Shown here: positions 1 through 8,410 of the stretch, piece by piece
How positions within the stretch are numbered: the stretch's first letter is position 1
How the letters are laid out: each line of letters begins with the position of its first letter
Assembly (NCBI GenBank): GCA_027339965.1
Contig: DAHWNL010000083.1
Span: forward strand, 1-16,800
DNA length: 16,800 bases
Source of the DNA: Granulicella sp.
GTDB taxonomy: Bacteria > Acidobacteriota > Terriglobia > Terriglobales > Acidobacteriaceae
Direction of reading: 5' to 3'
Notes under the pieces: generated by a model
The model's database searches: none
What the model saw: the letters and a program-made list of their open reading frames with translations, nothing else
What the model was told of the DNA's origin: nothing
Program-made: the position numbers and the translations under genes

Positions 1-177
1 GACCTGGTGAAGTCCGGCGTCATCGATCCCACCAAGGTGACTCGTACGGCCCTGCAAAATGCAGCCTCGATCTCTGGTCTGCTGCTGACCACGGAGGCTA
101 TCATCGCCGAGATTCCGGAGAAGAAGGAAGCTCCAGCGCCCGGCGGCCACGGCGGCGGCATGGAAGGCATGTACTAG
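1..177 (+). CDS. groL: Chaperonin GroEL, C-terminal 58 aa (5' end outside the window)
   Basis: Frame 1 reads [58 protein letters not shown], with the GroEL GVIDPxKVxRxALQNAAS motif and Gly/Met tail. TAG at 175-177. Confidence 0.98.
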   Translation, partial: DLVKSGVIDPTKVTRTALQNAASISGLLLTTEAIIAEIPEKKEAPAPGGHGGGMEGMY

Positions 178-224
178 GAAAGGCTCTTCTGCCCGGGTGA
201 CACAACCAAGGCAGCATGATGCCC

Positions 225-267
225 AAAGGCGAAGGCTCCGGAAGAACCCCGGACCTTCGTCTTTTTT
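225..267 (+). terminator. Rho-independent terminator of groEL
   Basis: AAAGGCGAAGG-C-TCCGG [AAGAACC] CCGGA-CCTTCGTCTTT stem running into a T-tract at 262-267. Confidence 0.85.
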
Positions 268-657
268 GTTTGGCGCTCCGCGCGGCCGGGCATTTGCGCG
301 CAAGAAGCTGCTCAAGGTCACCAACCTGTCTCGCTTCCTCCCTTGCTGTTTCTCTTCTCCGCAGCCATAATCCCCGGCCGGCATCTCCAGTTCCCCGGCA
401 TTTCGAAGGCCGTTTGTCTTTAAAGCGTGGCGCAAGATGCTTCTTCTCGGATGGGGACTTACAATCGTCCAAGGCGGCGATTTCTTGCAAAGAAGGGCGC
501 AAGGCCGCGTTTAGCTAAGCAGTTTCAGTGCAGGCGTTCCCAATGCCGCGACTTTCACGGGCGTCTTCCCCAATGAATGCGCCACTGTAAGCCCTCCTGG
601 GGATACCCATCAACACTGAAAATGCCATCAGCGAGCAGGTATGCGTGCGGAGGGCGG

Positions 658-1359
658 ATGAAGTCGATGAATCGCAGAGGTTTTTTCAGTGGCGCGGCAG
701 CCAGTCTCGCCGTGCTGGTTTCACCCACAGTATCTGCTCAAGATGCGCGTTTGCTGGATCCATCGGATTGGAAGATGGCGGCGTTCGATCAGTTGATCAA
801 GCACCATTATGAGGTCAAGCAGCTCTTTGACGTAACCGAAGTCGACGACGGCAGCGTATTTTTCCATATGCTGAATTGCCTGGAGGGATTACAGGTTGGA
901 TTCGGCATCGCCAACGACAAGATAAAGATTGTGGGCGCGCTGCGCGCCAAGGCAACGGTGATGAACTTCAACGATTCGTTGTGGGAGAAGTACAAGCTGG
1001 GAGAGTCGTTGAAGATCAACGACCCGCAGACCGGCAAGCCGGCGACGCGCAATATCTTTTATGCCGGCTCTACCGGCGGCGCAGCAAACCACGGCCACAA
1101 AGGCGCGAGACATGGCGACCCAGCGGAGGAGGATTCCAGCATTCGCACCCTCCAGGCGCGCGGCGTGCAATTGCTGGCCTGTCATATGGCGATCCGGGGA
1201 CAGTCAGGTTTTCTGGCGAAAAAGTTCAAGCTCAAACAAGAAGATGTGCTGAATGATCTGCAAGGCAACCTACTACCCGGCGTTCTGATTGTCCCTTCCG
1301 GCGTCTCAGCGATTGCGGTTCTGGAGAGCAAGGGCCACTTTGGCTATTTGCGCATGTGA
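658..1359 (+). CDS. Tat-signal exported protein, probably DsrE/DsrF-like fold
   Basis: GGAGG (649-653) precedes ATG 658. N-terminus MKSMNRRGFFSGAAASLAVLVSPTVSAQ is a twin-arginine signal. C-terminal LQARGVQLLACHMA...LLPGVLIVPSGV...GHFGYL resembles the DsrE-like pattern. The ORF-track start at 577 is probably too early. Confidence 0.75.
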   Translation: MKSMNRRGFFSGAAASLAVLVSPTVSAQDARLLDPSDWKMAAFDQLIKHHYEVKQLFDVTEVDDGSVFFHMLNCLEGLQVGFGIANDKIKIVGALRAKATVMNFNDSLWEKYKLGESLKINDPQTGKPATRNIFYAGSTGGAANHGHKGARHGDPAEEDSSIRTLQARGVQLLACHMAIRGQSGFLAKKFKLKQEDVLNDLQGNLLPGVLIVPSGVSAIAVLESKGHFGYLRM

Positions 1360-1379
1360 GAAAGGTTCCGTAGAACGCA

Positions 1380-2609
1380 TTAGCTGTACTTCAGCCAGCG
1401 CAGGATCTCGGGCAGATTGGGCTTTTTGCCGTACATCAGGATGCCCACGCGGTAGATGCGTGACGAGAACCAGAGCACGGCATAGATGGTGACGAAAATC
1501 AGCCCGATCGAAAGCGCGATCTCCCAGGGCTGGGGCATCGAGATGGAGACTCGCAAGTCCATGAGCAGCGGAGCGCAGAAGGGAATCTGGGAGACGATTC
1601 GAGACACGACCGAGTTCGGATTCGTCACTACCGGAGCCAGCATCAGGAGGCTGAAGAACAGCGGCAGCATCATGAACATATTCAGTTGCTGCAACTCCTG
1701 CTCAGAGTTGGTCATGGCTCCGAGCGACGCCGCTACGGCCGAGTACAGAGCGTAGCCCAGGCCGAAGTAGACGACAAAGAAGATCACTTGAGCAAGGCTG
1801 ATCTGCACGCCGCTGGTCGCCCCCATCTGCGCGGCCAGCAGACCAAAGGCGATCATCCAGATGCCCACCTGGGTCAGTCCCACAGCTCCCACACCCAGGA
1901 TCTTGCCCGCCAGCAGCTCATCCGGCTGGATGGTCGCCAGCAGGACCTCGAAGACTCGCGAAGTTTTCTCCTCGATGATCGATCGCGCCACATTCATCCC
2001 ATAGAGCAGCACCACCATGTACATCAGGAAGAACAGCACATAGGCCACCAGGAAGGCCGATTTCGAGTCCCCTCGCACTCCATTTCTGCCCAGAACATTC
2101 AGCGTCACCGGCGCCATCAGGGCGTCCGTCTGGATTGCCGAAAGCCCCTTGCCCGCAAGGTACTCACGGATCAACACCCGGTGCAGCGCCTCCTGGATCG
2201 CCGTCGTGGTGGCAATATCGGCCGTCGAGCGCGGCGTAAAGTCAAAGGTAGGCCGCTGACCTGCCTGCGTGGCCGGCTTGATGACCAGATATCCATCCAG
2301 CTGCTTGTTCTTCATCTCTTCGTCGAGCGTGGCATGGGAGGTGGAGAGCGGAAGAATTTCCACCGTCATTGTGCTGTTCTTGCCGTGTTCCAGTTCGTCC
2401 CTCAGGTCCTGGGCCGGCTGCGGCTGCGAAGCCAGGACGGCGATGTGTGAGGCGGTCTTCGATTTGGAAGCCAGTTCGGCCGCGCCGAACATGCCTCCTC
2501 CTATCAGAGTGGGAATGAGAATGGTGGCGATCAGAAATCCCTTGGTGCGGATGCGCTCCACATACTCCCGCCTGGCGATCAGCCAGATGTTCAGCAGCCG
2601 ATTAGACAT
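1380..2609 (-). CDS. ABC-2 type exporter permease (NatB/YhaP-like)
   Basis: MSNRLLNIWLIARREYVERIRTKGF start, one N-terminal TM helix, a large loop, the IIEEKTSRVFEVLL...LLAGKILG motif, several C-terminal TM helices and RIYRVGILMYG. The start at 2609 overlaps the ATPase stop (ATGTCTAA). Confidence 0.92.
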   Translation of the reverse strand: MSNRLLNIWLIARREYVERIRTKGFLIATILIPTLIGGGMFGAAELASKSKTASHIAVLASQPQPAQDLRDELEHGKNSTMTVEILPLSTSHATLDEEMKNKQLDGYLVIKPATQAGQRPTFDFTPRSTADIATTTAIQEALHRVLIREYLAGKGLSAIQTDALMAPVTLNVLGRNGVRGDSKSAFLVAYVLFFLMYMVVLLYGMNVARSIIEEKTSRVFEVLLATIQPDELLAGKILGVGAVGLTQVGIWMIAFGLLAAQMGATSGVQISLAQVIFFVVYFGLGYALYSAVAASLGAMTNSEQELQQLNMFMMLPLFFSLLMLAPVVTNPNSVVSRIVSQIPFCAPLLMDLRVSISMPQPWEIALSIGLIFVTIYAVLWFSSRIYRVGILMYGKKPNLPEILRWLKYS

Positions 2610-3534
2610 TCGCGATTCCCTCCGCCTGTTCCCGGCCAAAGCTGGCCCGTACCTGCTCGATGAATATCTCTTCCAGGGTAGGCTCTTTGACCTCGAACTT
2701 GTGGAGTACTGTCCCGCGGGCGACGGCCTCGGCGAGCACCTTCTGCGCACCCGCCTCGTGGTACAGCTTCAGGTCCGCGCCTCCGGCGTACTGTTTTGCC
2801 TCTTCCACCTCGGGATGCCTCAAAAAGCTCTCATCTCCGGAGAAGACCACGCTCACCCGATTCCTCGGATAGCGAGCCTTTACCTCACGCATGGAGCCGT
2901 CCAGCACCAACCTGCCGCGCGAGATCAGGGCAATCGCATCGCACATCTTCTCCACCTGGTCCATGCGGTGGGTGGAGAACATCACCGCCTTGCCCTCGCG
3001 GCGCAGATCTACCAGTGTGTCCAGCAGCAACTCCGCATTCACCGGATCCAGGCCGCTGAAAGGCTCATCCATGATGACTAGTTCAGGGTCGTGCAGCAAC
3101 GCCGCAATGAACTGGATCTTCTGCTGCATGCCCTTGGAGAGATCTTCCGTCTTCTTTCCGATCGCCTCGGTGATCTGGATCCTCTCGCACCAGGCAAGCG
3201 AACGCTGCTTTGCCGCAGCCTCACTCAGTCCGTGGAGCCGGCCCAGGAAGACGAGTTGATCCAGCACCTTCATCTTCTTGTACAGGCCGCGCTCTTCGGG
3301 CAGATAGCCCACACGGTGCAGCATCTCCCGCTGCAGAGGCCTTTCAAACAGCCTCACCGTCCCGGAGTCCGGCATGGTCATGCCGATCACCATGCGGATG
3401 GTGCTGGTTTTGCCCGAACCGTTCGGGCCAAGAAGGCCAAACATGGTACCTGGCTCCATGGTAAGGGAGAGTCCTTCCACGGCTATCTTGGTGTCATAGA
3501 CCTTACGTACCTTATTCAGTTCGACGATGGGCAT
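2602..3534 (-). CDS. ABC transporter ATP-binding protein (NatA/YhaQ-like)
   Basis: Walker A GPNGSGKT, GYLPEERGLY, signature LSKGMQQ, Walker B VIMDEPFSGLDP, H-loop STH and C-terminal PTLEEIF. Confidence 0.95.
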   Translation of the reverse strand: MPIVELNKVRKVYDTKIAVEGLSLTMEPGTMFGLLGPNGSGKTSTIRMVIGMTMPDSGTVRLFERPLQREMLHRVGYLPEERGLYKKMKVLDQLVFLGRLHGLSEAAAKQRSLAWCERIQITEAIGKKTEDLSKGMQQKIQFIAALLHDPELVIMDEPFSGLDPVNAELLLDTLVDLRREGKAVMFSTHRMDQVEKMCDAIALISRGRLVLDGSMREVKARYPRNRVSVVFSGDESFLRHPEVEEAKQYAGGADLKLYHEAGAQKVLAEAVARGTVLHKFEVKEPTLEEIFIEQVRASFGREQAEGIANV

Positions 3535-3570
3535 TCGGGGTGGGAGCCTTCCTTCTACGCCTATCCCGAT

Positions 3571-3583
3571 AGTCTAACGGAAT
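3571..3583 (-). promoter_or_regulatory. Putative -10 element for the ABC operon
   Basis: ATTCCGTTAGACT on the minus strand (TAGACT fits TAnnnT), just downstream of the rplQ terminator. It is 12/13 identical to the element upstream of infA. Confidence 0.45.
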
Positions 3584-3585
3584 AC

Positions 3586-3611
3586 GAAAAAGCGCATCCC
3601 GAAGGATGCGC
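3586..3611 (-). terminator. Rho-independent terminator of the infA-rplQ operon
   Basis: Minus strand GCGCATCC TTCG GGATGCGC TTTTT: an 8-bp stem, a cUUCGg tetraloop and a U-tract. Confidence 0.88.
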
Positions 3612-3698
3612 ATTTTCTTTCAACACAGGGTGGGGCGGAACCCGATCCGGTCGAACCGGGACAGGCCTGTGCTGCGCCCGCCCACGGAAGGGCCGGCC

Positions 3699-4178
3699 CT
3701 ATCCCTCTGTTCCCGATTCGCTGGGCTCGGCCCGGCCGCTCTCTTCCATCTGCTTCTGCAACTCCTCCCGACGCTTGGCGCGAGCCTCGGCGCGCTTCTC
3801 GGCCTTTTCATTCAGATCCTGTTCAGCACCCAGCAGTTCAAGATAGGCCATCTCGGAGGCGTCTCCCTGGCGCGGTCCGGTGCGCACAATTCGAGAGTAT
3901 CCGCCGGCGCGATCTCCGTAACGTGGCGCCACAGTCTGGAAGAGGCGATCGACCGACTCCGGGGTCATCAGGTAGGCCAGCGCCTGCCGGCGGTCATGCA
4001 CGCTGCCCTTCTTGCCCAGCGTAATCATCTTCTCTACCAGTGGCTTGGCTGCCTTGGCCTTGGTCAGGGTGGTGTGTACGCGATCGTTCAGAATCACGGA
4101 AGTTACCAGGTTACGAAGCAAAGCGCGGCGATGGCTGGTGTTGCGGCCCAGCTTGAAGCCGCCATTACGGTGGCGCAT
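3699..4178 (-). CDS. rplQ: 50S ribosomal protein L17 with charged C-terminal extension
   Basis: MRHRNGGFKLGRNTSHRRALLRNLVTS...RAGGYSRI...GDASEMAYLEL. SD AAGGAG lies upstream and the gene follows rpoA. Confidence 0.98.
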   Translation of the reverse strand: MRHRNGGFKLGRNTSHRRALLRNLVTSVILNDRVHTTLTKAKAAKPLVEKMITLGKKGSVHDRRQALAYLMTPESVDRLFQTVAPRYGDRAGGYSRIVRTGPRQGDASEMAYLELLGAEQDLNEKAEKRAEARAKRREELQKQMEESGRAEPSESGTEG

Positions 4179-4267
4179 ATCAATCTCCTTCGACCCGGAC
4201 TTCGGCCCGGCTCGGAACTTCTTTGAGGATGGTTGGCTGTACAGCGTCCGGCTGTGGGGGAAGTCGA

Positions 4268-4300
4268 GGCTGCTGCGGAGCCTCCAACTCCGCAGCAGCC
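4268..4300. repeat. Perfect 13-bp inverted repeat in the rpoA-rplQ spacer
   Basis: GGCTGCTGCGGAG [CCTCCAA] CTCCGCAGCAGCC, with no U-tract on either side. Confidence 0.8.
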
Positions 4301-4411
4301 CATCGAAACCCAGCGCCTGGAGATATCTCCTGGCCCGAGACCTACCCGTGCCGGCCGGCTTCCTCGGCAGCCGCCTTCACGAACAGGCATTCCAACCGAA
4401 CGCGGGTTTCT

Positions 4412-5500
4412 TTAAAACGTCTCCGGCTCGGCGTCGAGGTTGTCGTCCTCCTCGTCCTCTTCTTCATCGTCGAAGTTGGCGTAGCTGGCTGCCAGTGTGG
4501 CCGCCGGCAGTACGGAAGTCGGTCCCGGAACAGGGTTCCCCTGCTCGTCGATCTTCATGCCCAGCGAGAGTCCCATTTGAGCGAGAATCTCCTTGATCTC
4601 ATTCAGGCTCTTGCGGCCGAAGTTCTTGGTCTTCAGCATCTCCGCTTCGGTCTTCTGAATCAACTCGCCGATGGTGCCGATGTTGGCGTTCTTCAGGCAG
4701 TTATAGCTGCGCACAGAGAGTTCGAGTTCCTCCACGGACCGATTCAGGTTCTCGTTGCGGATATTCAGCGGATCCTGCCCACCCTCTGCGCCGGCCTCCA
4801 TCTCCTCTTCGAAGTTGATGTAGATCGTCATATGGTCTTTGAGCAGCTTGGCGGAGAGGCCGAGCGCGTCGGCCGGCAAGATCGTTCCGTTGGTCCAGAT
4901 CTCCAGCGTCAGCTTCTCGTAATCGGTGATCTGGCCAAGACGAGCCGCCTCCACCAGGTAGTTCACCTTGCGCACGGGGGAGTGCACCGAGTCCACCGGA
5001 ATGAACCCGATTCCCAGGTCGCTGTCAAAGTTCTTGTCCGCCGAGACATAGCCGCGTCCGCGCTTGAGACGCATCTCCATGTCGACGCGTCCTCCCTCGG
5101 AGACGGTGCAGATGTAAACGTTGGGATCCAGGATCTCTACATCGGAGTCGGCCTCGATCATCCCGGATGTAATCACGCCGGGCGCATCGGAGCGAACATA
5201 CAAGGCTTTGGGTCCGTCCCCGTTCAGCTTGAACGGAATCTGTTTCAGGTTCATGACGATGTCGGTGGCATCTTCCACAACCCCTGTAATGGACTGGAAC
5301 TCATGCAGAACGCCCTCAATACGAACCGCTGTAACTGCGGCACCCTCGATGGAGGAGAGCAGCGTGCGCCGCAATGCATTGCCAATGGTCGTGCCGAAGC
5401 CGCGCTCAAACGGCTGCGCAGAAAACTTTCCGTAGGTGTTGGTCAGGGTCTCTTGATCGACGGCGAGACGCTTGGGTTTCTGAAAACCTCTCCAAAGCAT
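4412..5500 (-). CDS. rpoA: RNA polymerase alpha subunit
   Basis: [29 protein letters not shown], and alpha[15 protein letters not shown]...[10 protein letters not shown], followed by an acidic tail. Confidence 0.99.
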   Translation of the reverse strand: MLWRGFQKPKRLAVDQETLTNTYGKFSAQPFERGFGTTIGNALRRTLLSSIEGAAVTAVRIEGVLHEFQSITGVVEDATDIVMNLKQIPFKLNGDGPKALYVRSDAPGVITSGMIEADSDVEILDPNVYICTVSEGGRVDMEMRLKRGRGYVSADKNFDSDLGIGFIPVDSVHSPVRKVNYLVEAARLGQITDYEKLTLEIWTNGTILPADALGLSAKLLKDHMTIYINFEEEMEAGAEGGQDPLNIRNENLNRSVEELELSVRSYNCLKNANIGTIGELIQKTEAEMLKTKNFGRKSLNEIKEILAQMGLSLGMKIDEQGNPVPGPTSVLPAATLAASYANFDDEEEDEEDDNLDAEPETF

Positions 5501-5706
5501 GGTGAATCCTTTCCTTCGTCGCCGCGCGAAGCATTCTGCCCGGCTGACGGTTTTCCTTGGTTTAAGTGAGTTTCAGTGCTTGATCAGTTCGGCCCGTTGG
5601 CTAGCGGCAAGAGTGTTTCGCGAACCCGAGCAGGTTTGCCATACTCTGGCGACCGGACTCAGGCCCGCAGCCGGGGATCGAACCACTTCTCAGAGACATC
5701 AATGGG

Positions 5707-6339
5707 TTACTTGCTGTAGAGTTCGACGATGAGCTGCTCATTCACCGGCAGATTCACATCCTCGCGCTTGGGCGTAGAAAGAATGCGCCCGGACAGGCCG
5801 TCTGCCGCCACTTCGATCCAGTTCACACGGCTCTGGCCGGCGACGAAGCTCCGGGCCGCCTCCAGCAGCGCCAGTTTCTGCGAACCCTCACGGATCGCGA
5901 TCTGATCTCCCACCTTGCACTGGAAGCTGGGAATGTTCACTTTGCGTCCGTTCACCTGGACGTGGCCGTGGCGTACCACCTGACGGGCCTGACGCCGGCT
6001 CATCGCAAAGCCCAGCCGGTAGCAGACATTGTCCAGCCGCGTCTCCAGTTGCTGGAGCAGCAGTTCGCCCGTGACGCCGGTGCGGTTGGCCGCCTTCTCG
6101 TAATAGGCCCGGAACTGTGTCTCCAGGGTGAAGTAGATGCGCTTGGCCTTCTGTTTTTCGCGCAGTTGCAAGCCGTAGCCGATGAGCTTCTTGGCCTTCT
6201 TGCTCTGGCCGTGCTGGCCAGGAGGAAAGTTACGCTTCTCCACCGGACACTTGTCCGTAAAGCACTTTGCACCCTTCAAAAAAAGCTTTGTGCCGTCGCG
6301 CCGGCAAAGGCGGCAAACGGCTCCTGTATAACGTGCCAT
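5707..6339 (-). CDS. rpsD: 30S ribosomal protein S4 (four-Cys, putative metal-binding form)
   Basis: MARYTGAVCRLCRR...KC...KC, PGQHG, QLREKQK, LETRLDN, ARQVVRHGH and EQLIVELYSK. Confidence 0.99.
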   Translation of the reverse strand: MARYTGAVCRLCRRDGTKLFLKGAKCFTDKCPVEKRNFPPGQHGQSKKAKKLIGYGLQLREKQKAKRIYFTLETQFRAYYEKAANRTGVTGELLLQQLETRLDNVCYRLGFAMSRRQARQVVRHGHVQVNGRKVNIPSFQCKVGDQIAIREGSQKLALLEAARSFVAGQSRVNWIEVAADGLSGRILSTPKREDVNLPVNEQLIVELYSK

Positions 6340-6507
6340 TTTTTCACTCCCTACTTTAGGTTGTCGATCGCTTTACGCGCTGGCAGCGCTTCTTCACGAT
6401 CCGGAATCATGAAACATCGAAGACCAGGCGGGCGAACTCATCTCACGCTGCAAGTCCAGGGTGTGGATCCTTGAATCCACCCGCCTCTATCTCGATCCAT
6501 GCATAAA

Positions 6508-6576
6508 ACTCTGCTTGGCTACGAACCGGCTACGAACACTCTGCGCCACCAAGTCAAAGCGCGGCGCACTCTGCGC
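6508..6576. repeat. Three ACTCTGC copies at exact 30-nt spacing, plus a tandem GGCTACGAAC duplication
   Basis: ACTCTGC at 6508, 6538 and 6568; copies 2 and 3 extend to CACTCTGCGC. GGCTACGAAC occurs at 6517 and 6528. Confidence 0.7.
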
Positions 6577-6998
6577 TACACCCTCCGTCGCTTGGGGGGG
6601 CGGCATCCGTTATGGGGCATCGGCGTCACGTCGCGGATGGAGCGAACCTCGATCCCGGCGGCGGCTAAGGCGCGGATCGCAGACTCCCGTCCCGAACCCG
6701 GTCCCGCCACACGCACATCCACGGATCGCAAACCGTGGTCCCGCGCTGCTGTCGCCGCTCCCACCGCTGCCTGCTGCGCGGCAAACGGCGTCCCCTTGCG
6801 GGATCCCCGGAAACCCAGCGAACCGGAACTCTTCCAGCTCAGCGTATTGCCCTGCTGGTCGGTGATTGTGACGATGGTGTTATTAAAGCTGGCTTGAATA
6901 TAGACCAGTCCAAACGGAACGTTCTTCCGCTCACGCCGTTTGAATTTCTTGTTCTTTCCGACCTTCGCGCCGGCGCTCTTATTCTGGGATTTGGCCAT
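6576..6998 (-). CDS. rpsK: 30S ribosomal protein S11
   Basis: [35 protein letters not shown] and [18 protein letters not shown]. Confidence 0.99.
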   Translation of the reverse strand: MAKSQNKSAGAKVGKNKKFKRRERKNVPFGLVYIQASFNNTIVTITDQQGNTLSWKSSGSLGFRGSRKGTPFAAQQAAVGAATAARDHGLRSVDVRVAGPGSGRESAIRALAAAGIEVRSIRDVTPMPHNGCRPPKRRRV

Positions 6999-7001
6999 GG
7001 G

Positions 7002-7382
7002 TTACTTGGTCGCTTTCTTCTTACCGGCAACAGTACCCTTGCGGGGCCCCTTGCGGGTACGAGCGTTGGTGTGAGTACGCTGACCGCGTACCGGCAGGCT
7101 GCGCCGGTGGCGCAGGCCACGGTAGGACTGAATCTCGATCAGGCGCTTGATGTTGAGCGAAACCTCTTTGCGGAGATCGCCCTCGATGCCGCCTTCCGCT
7201 TCAATGACCTGGCGAATCCTGTTGAGCTGGTCCTCATCCAGGCTGGCCATCTTGGCATAGGGATCCACCGCCGCCTGCTCCAGAATCTTGAGCGCGCGCG
7301 GGTTTCCGATGCCGAAAATATAGGTAAGGGCGATGCGAGCCTGCTTGTGAGGGGGCAGATCGACGCCGGCGATACGGGCCAT
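7002..7382 (-). CDS. rpsM: 30S ribosomal protein S13
   Basis: [19 protein letters not shown] and [26 protein letters not shown]. Confidence 0.99.
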   Translation of the reverse strand: MARIAGVDLPPHKQARIALTYIFGIGNPRALKILEQAAVDPYAKMASLDEDQLNRIRQVIEAEGGIEGDLRKEVSLNIKRLIEIQSYRGLRHRRSLPVRGQRTHTNARTRKGPRKGTVAGKKKATK

Positions 7383-7548
7383 GGTGTGCCTTTCGGTTGG
7401 GCCTGGAGAGCATCTCTCCGCAGGCGGGGTTATCGGTTTTGCGGCTGACCGGCAGCGAGACTTCCGTTGCCGCTCTCCCCGGGTTCATCGCACGCCTTGA
7501 CTTCAGCGAACTCGCCCGGCGGGGCCACATGGGCTGGAGACAGGAGTT

Positions 7549-7662
7549 CTATCCCTGGCGCTGCTTGTGCTTCGCGTTCTCGCAGATCACGCGAACCACT
7601 CCGCGACGATGAATCACCTTGCACTTGTCGCAGATCTTCTTGACGGACGCACGAACCTTCAT
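7549..7662 (-). CDS. rpmJ: 50S ribosomal protein L36, Zn-ribbon (C+) type; absent from the ORF track
   Basis: Manual translation gives [45 protein letters not shown] lies upstream. Confidence 0.98.
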   Translation of the reverse strand: MKVRASVKKICDKCKVIHRRGVVRVICENAKHKQRQG

Positions 7663-7798
7663 CTCAACAACTCCTCAGCTTTCGTTCTCTTCTTGCATCT
7701 GGCTTGAAGCATCAAGCCAAAAACTTTGCTTCTCAGGGCCGCCTTTGCCCGGCCGGAGAGCCTTCCGACCCAGGCTCATTTCGGCTCCATCCCCGGCT

Positions 7799-8017
7799 CT
7801 ATTTGTAGCGGTAAACAATCCGGCCCCGGTTCAGGTCATACGGGCTAAGCTCAATGGCCACTCGATCGCCCGGGAGGATGCGGATGAAGTTCTTGCGCAT
7901 TCTGCCCGAAACGTGCGCCAACACCTGATGCTTGTTTTCGAGCTCGACCTTGAACAACGCATTTGGCAGCGTCTCCAGAACGACTGCCATGACTTCAATT
8001 GCATCTTCTTTCGACAA
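7799..8017 (-). CDS. infA: Translation initiation factor IF-1 (72 aa, TTG start)
   Basis: (M)[27 protein letters not shown]...[19 protein letters not shown]...[21 protein letters not shown] lies 5 nt before TTG at 8017. Confidence 0.97.
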   Translation of the reverse strand: MSKEDAIEVMAVVLETLPNALFKVELENKHQVLAHVSGRMRKNFIRILPGDRVAIELSPYDLNRGRIVYRYK

Positions 8018-8193
8018 ACAGTCTCCTTCGATGGAGCCAAACGCGACGGGCGCTACATCGCGCGAAATGGCCTCATCTGCAGTAGTTTCCCGGTAAACCT
8101 GTCTCGTGGGCTTCTGATGGCCTCTGCACACCTTCAAGCAATACCACGCCCGGGTGAAAACAGAGACGGCGGAAGGTACAAGCACCATCTCTA

Positions 8194-8222
8194 AGTCTAA
8201 CGAAATTCTGAAGGTTTGGAAA
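8194..8222 (-). promoter_or_regulatory. Putative sigma70 promoter of the infA-rplQ operon
   Basis: Minus strand TTTCCA-N17-TAGACT, implying a leader of about 170 nt. Confidence 0.55.
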
Positions 8223-8382
8223 GGGGACTCTTGTCCAACGGGTGATGATCCTGAGCGCGGGGATTGATTCCAGCGGGCGCTGAGCCTGGAGGGAAGTTTT
8301 AGGACAGGCTGGGGTTTGGGATCGGCGCCGACTTCAATCTCTTGTGTGGACCGCCAATTTTCAAATCATGAATAATTTTCTT

Positions 8383-8410
8383 TTCGACACGGCACTGTCT
8401 GTGCTACCGT
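8383..8410 (+). promoter_or_regulatory. Putative promoter for the hypothetical-sulfatase cassette
   Basis: Two readings are possible: an extended -10 TGcTACCGT (8402-8410), or a sigma54-like GGCAC-N5-GTGCT (GG-N10-GC, 8391-8404). An AT-rich tract lies at 8356-8384. Confidence 0.4.

Noticed and set aside
101..518. ORFs 101-502 (-) and 216-518 (+)
   Set aside because: They cross the groEL terminator or groEL itself, have Arg/Ser/Pro-rich non-coding composition and match no family I recognise.
1357..1383. Selenocysteine read-through of the DsrE-like gene's TGA
   Set aside because: The protein ends at a plausible family C-terminus, there is no convincing SECIS, and another stop follows 8 codons later.
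2610..2750. N-terminal extension of the ABC permease
   Set aside because: It lies within the ATPase gene. The coupled start at 2609 fits the family N-terminus.
4223..5569. 448-aa plus-strand ORF opposite rpoA
   Set aside because: Antisense shadow ORF typical of GC-rich coding DNA, with no recognisable motifs.
6508..6576. CRISPR interpretation of the periodic repeat
   Set aside because: The repeats are only 7-10 nt, there are three copies, and there are no cas genes.
7700..7723. Terminator between infA and rpmJ
   Set aside because: On the mRNA strand the U-run precedes the 8-bp hairpin rather than following it.
8018..8188. 57-aa N-terminal extension of IF-1 in the ORF track
   Set aside because: The canonical 72-aa IF-1 begins at TTG 8017 with a good SD, so the upstream part is best read as leader.
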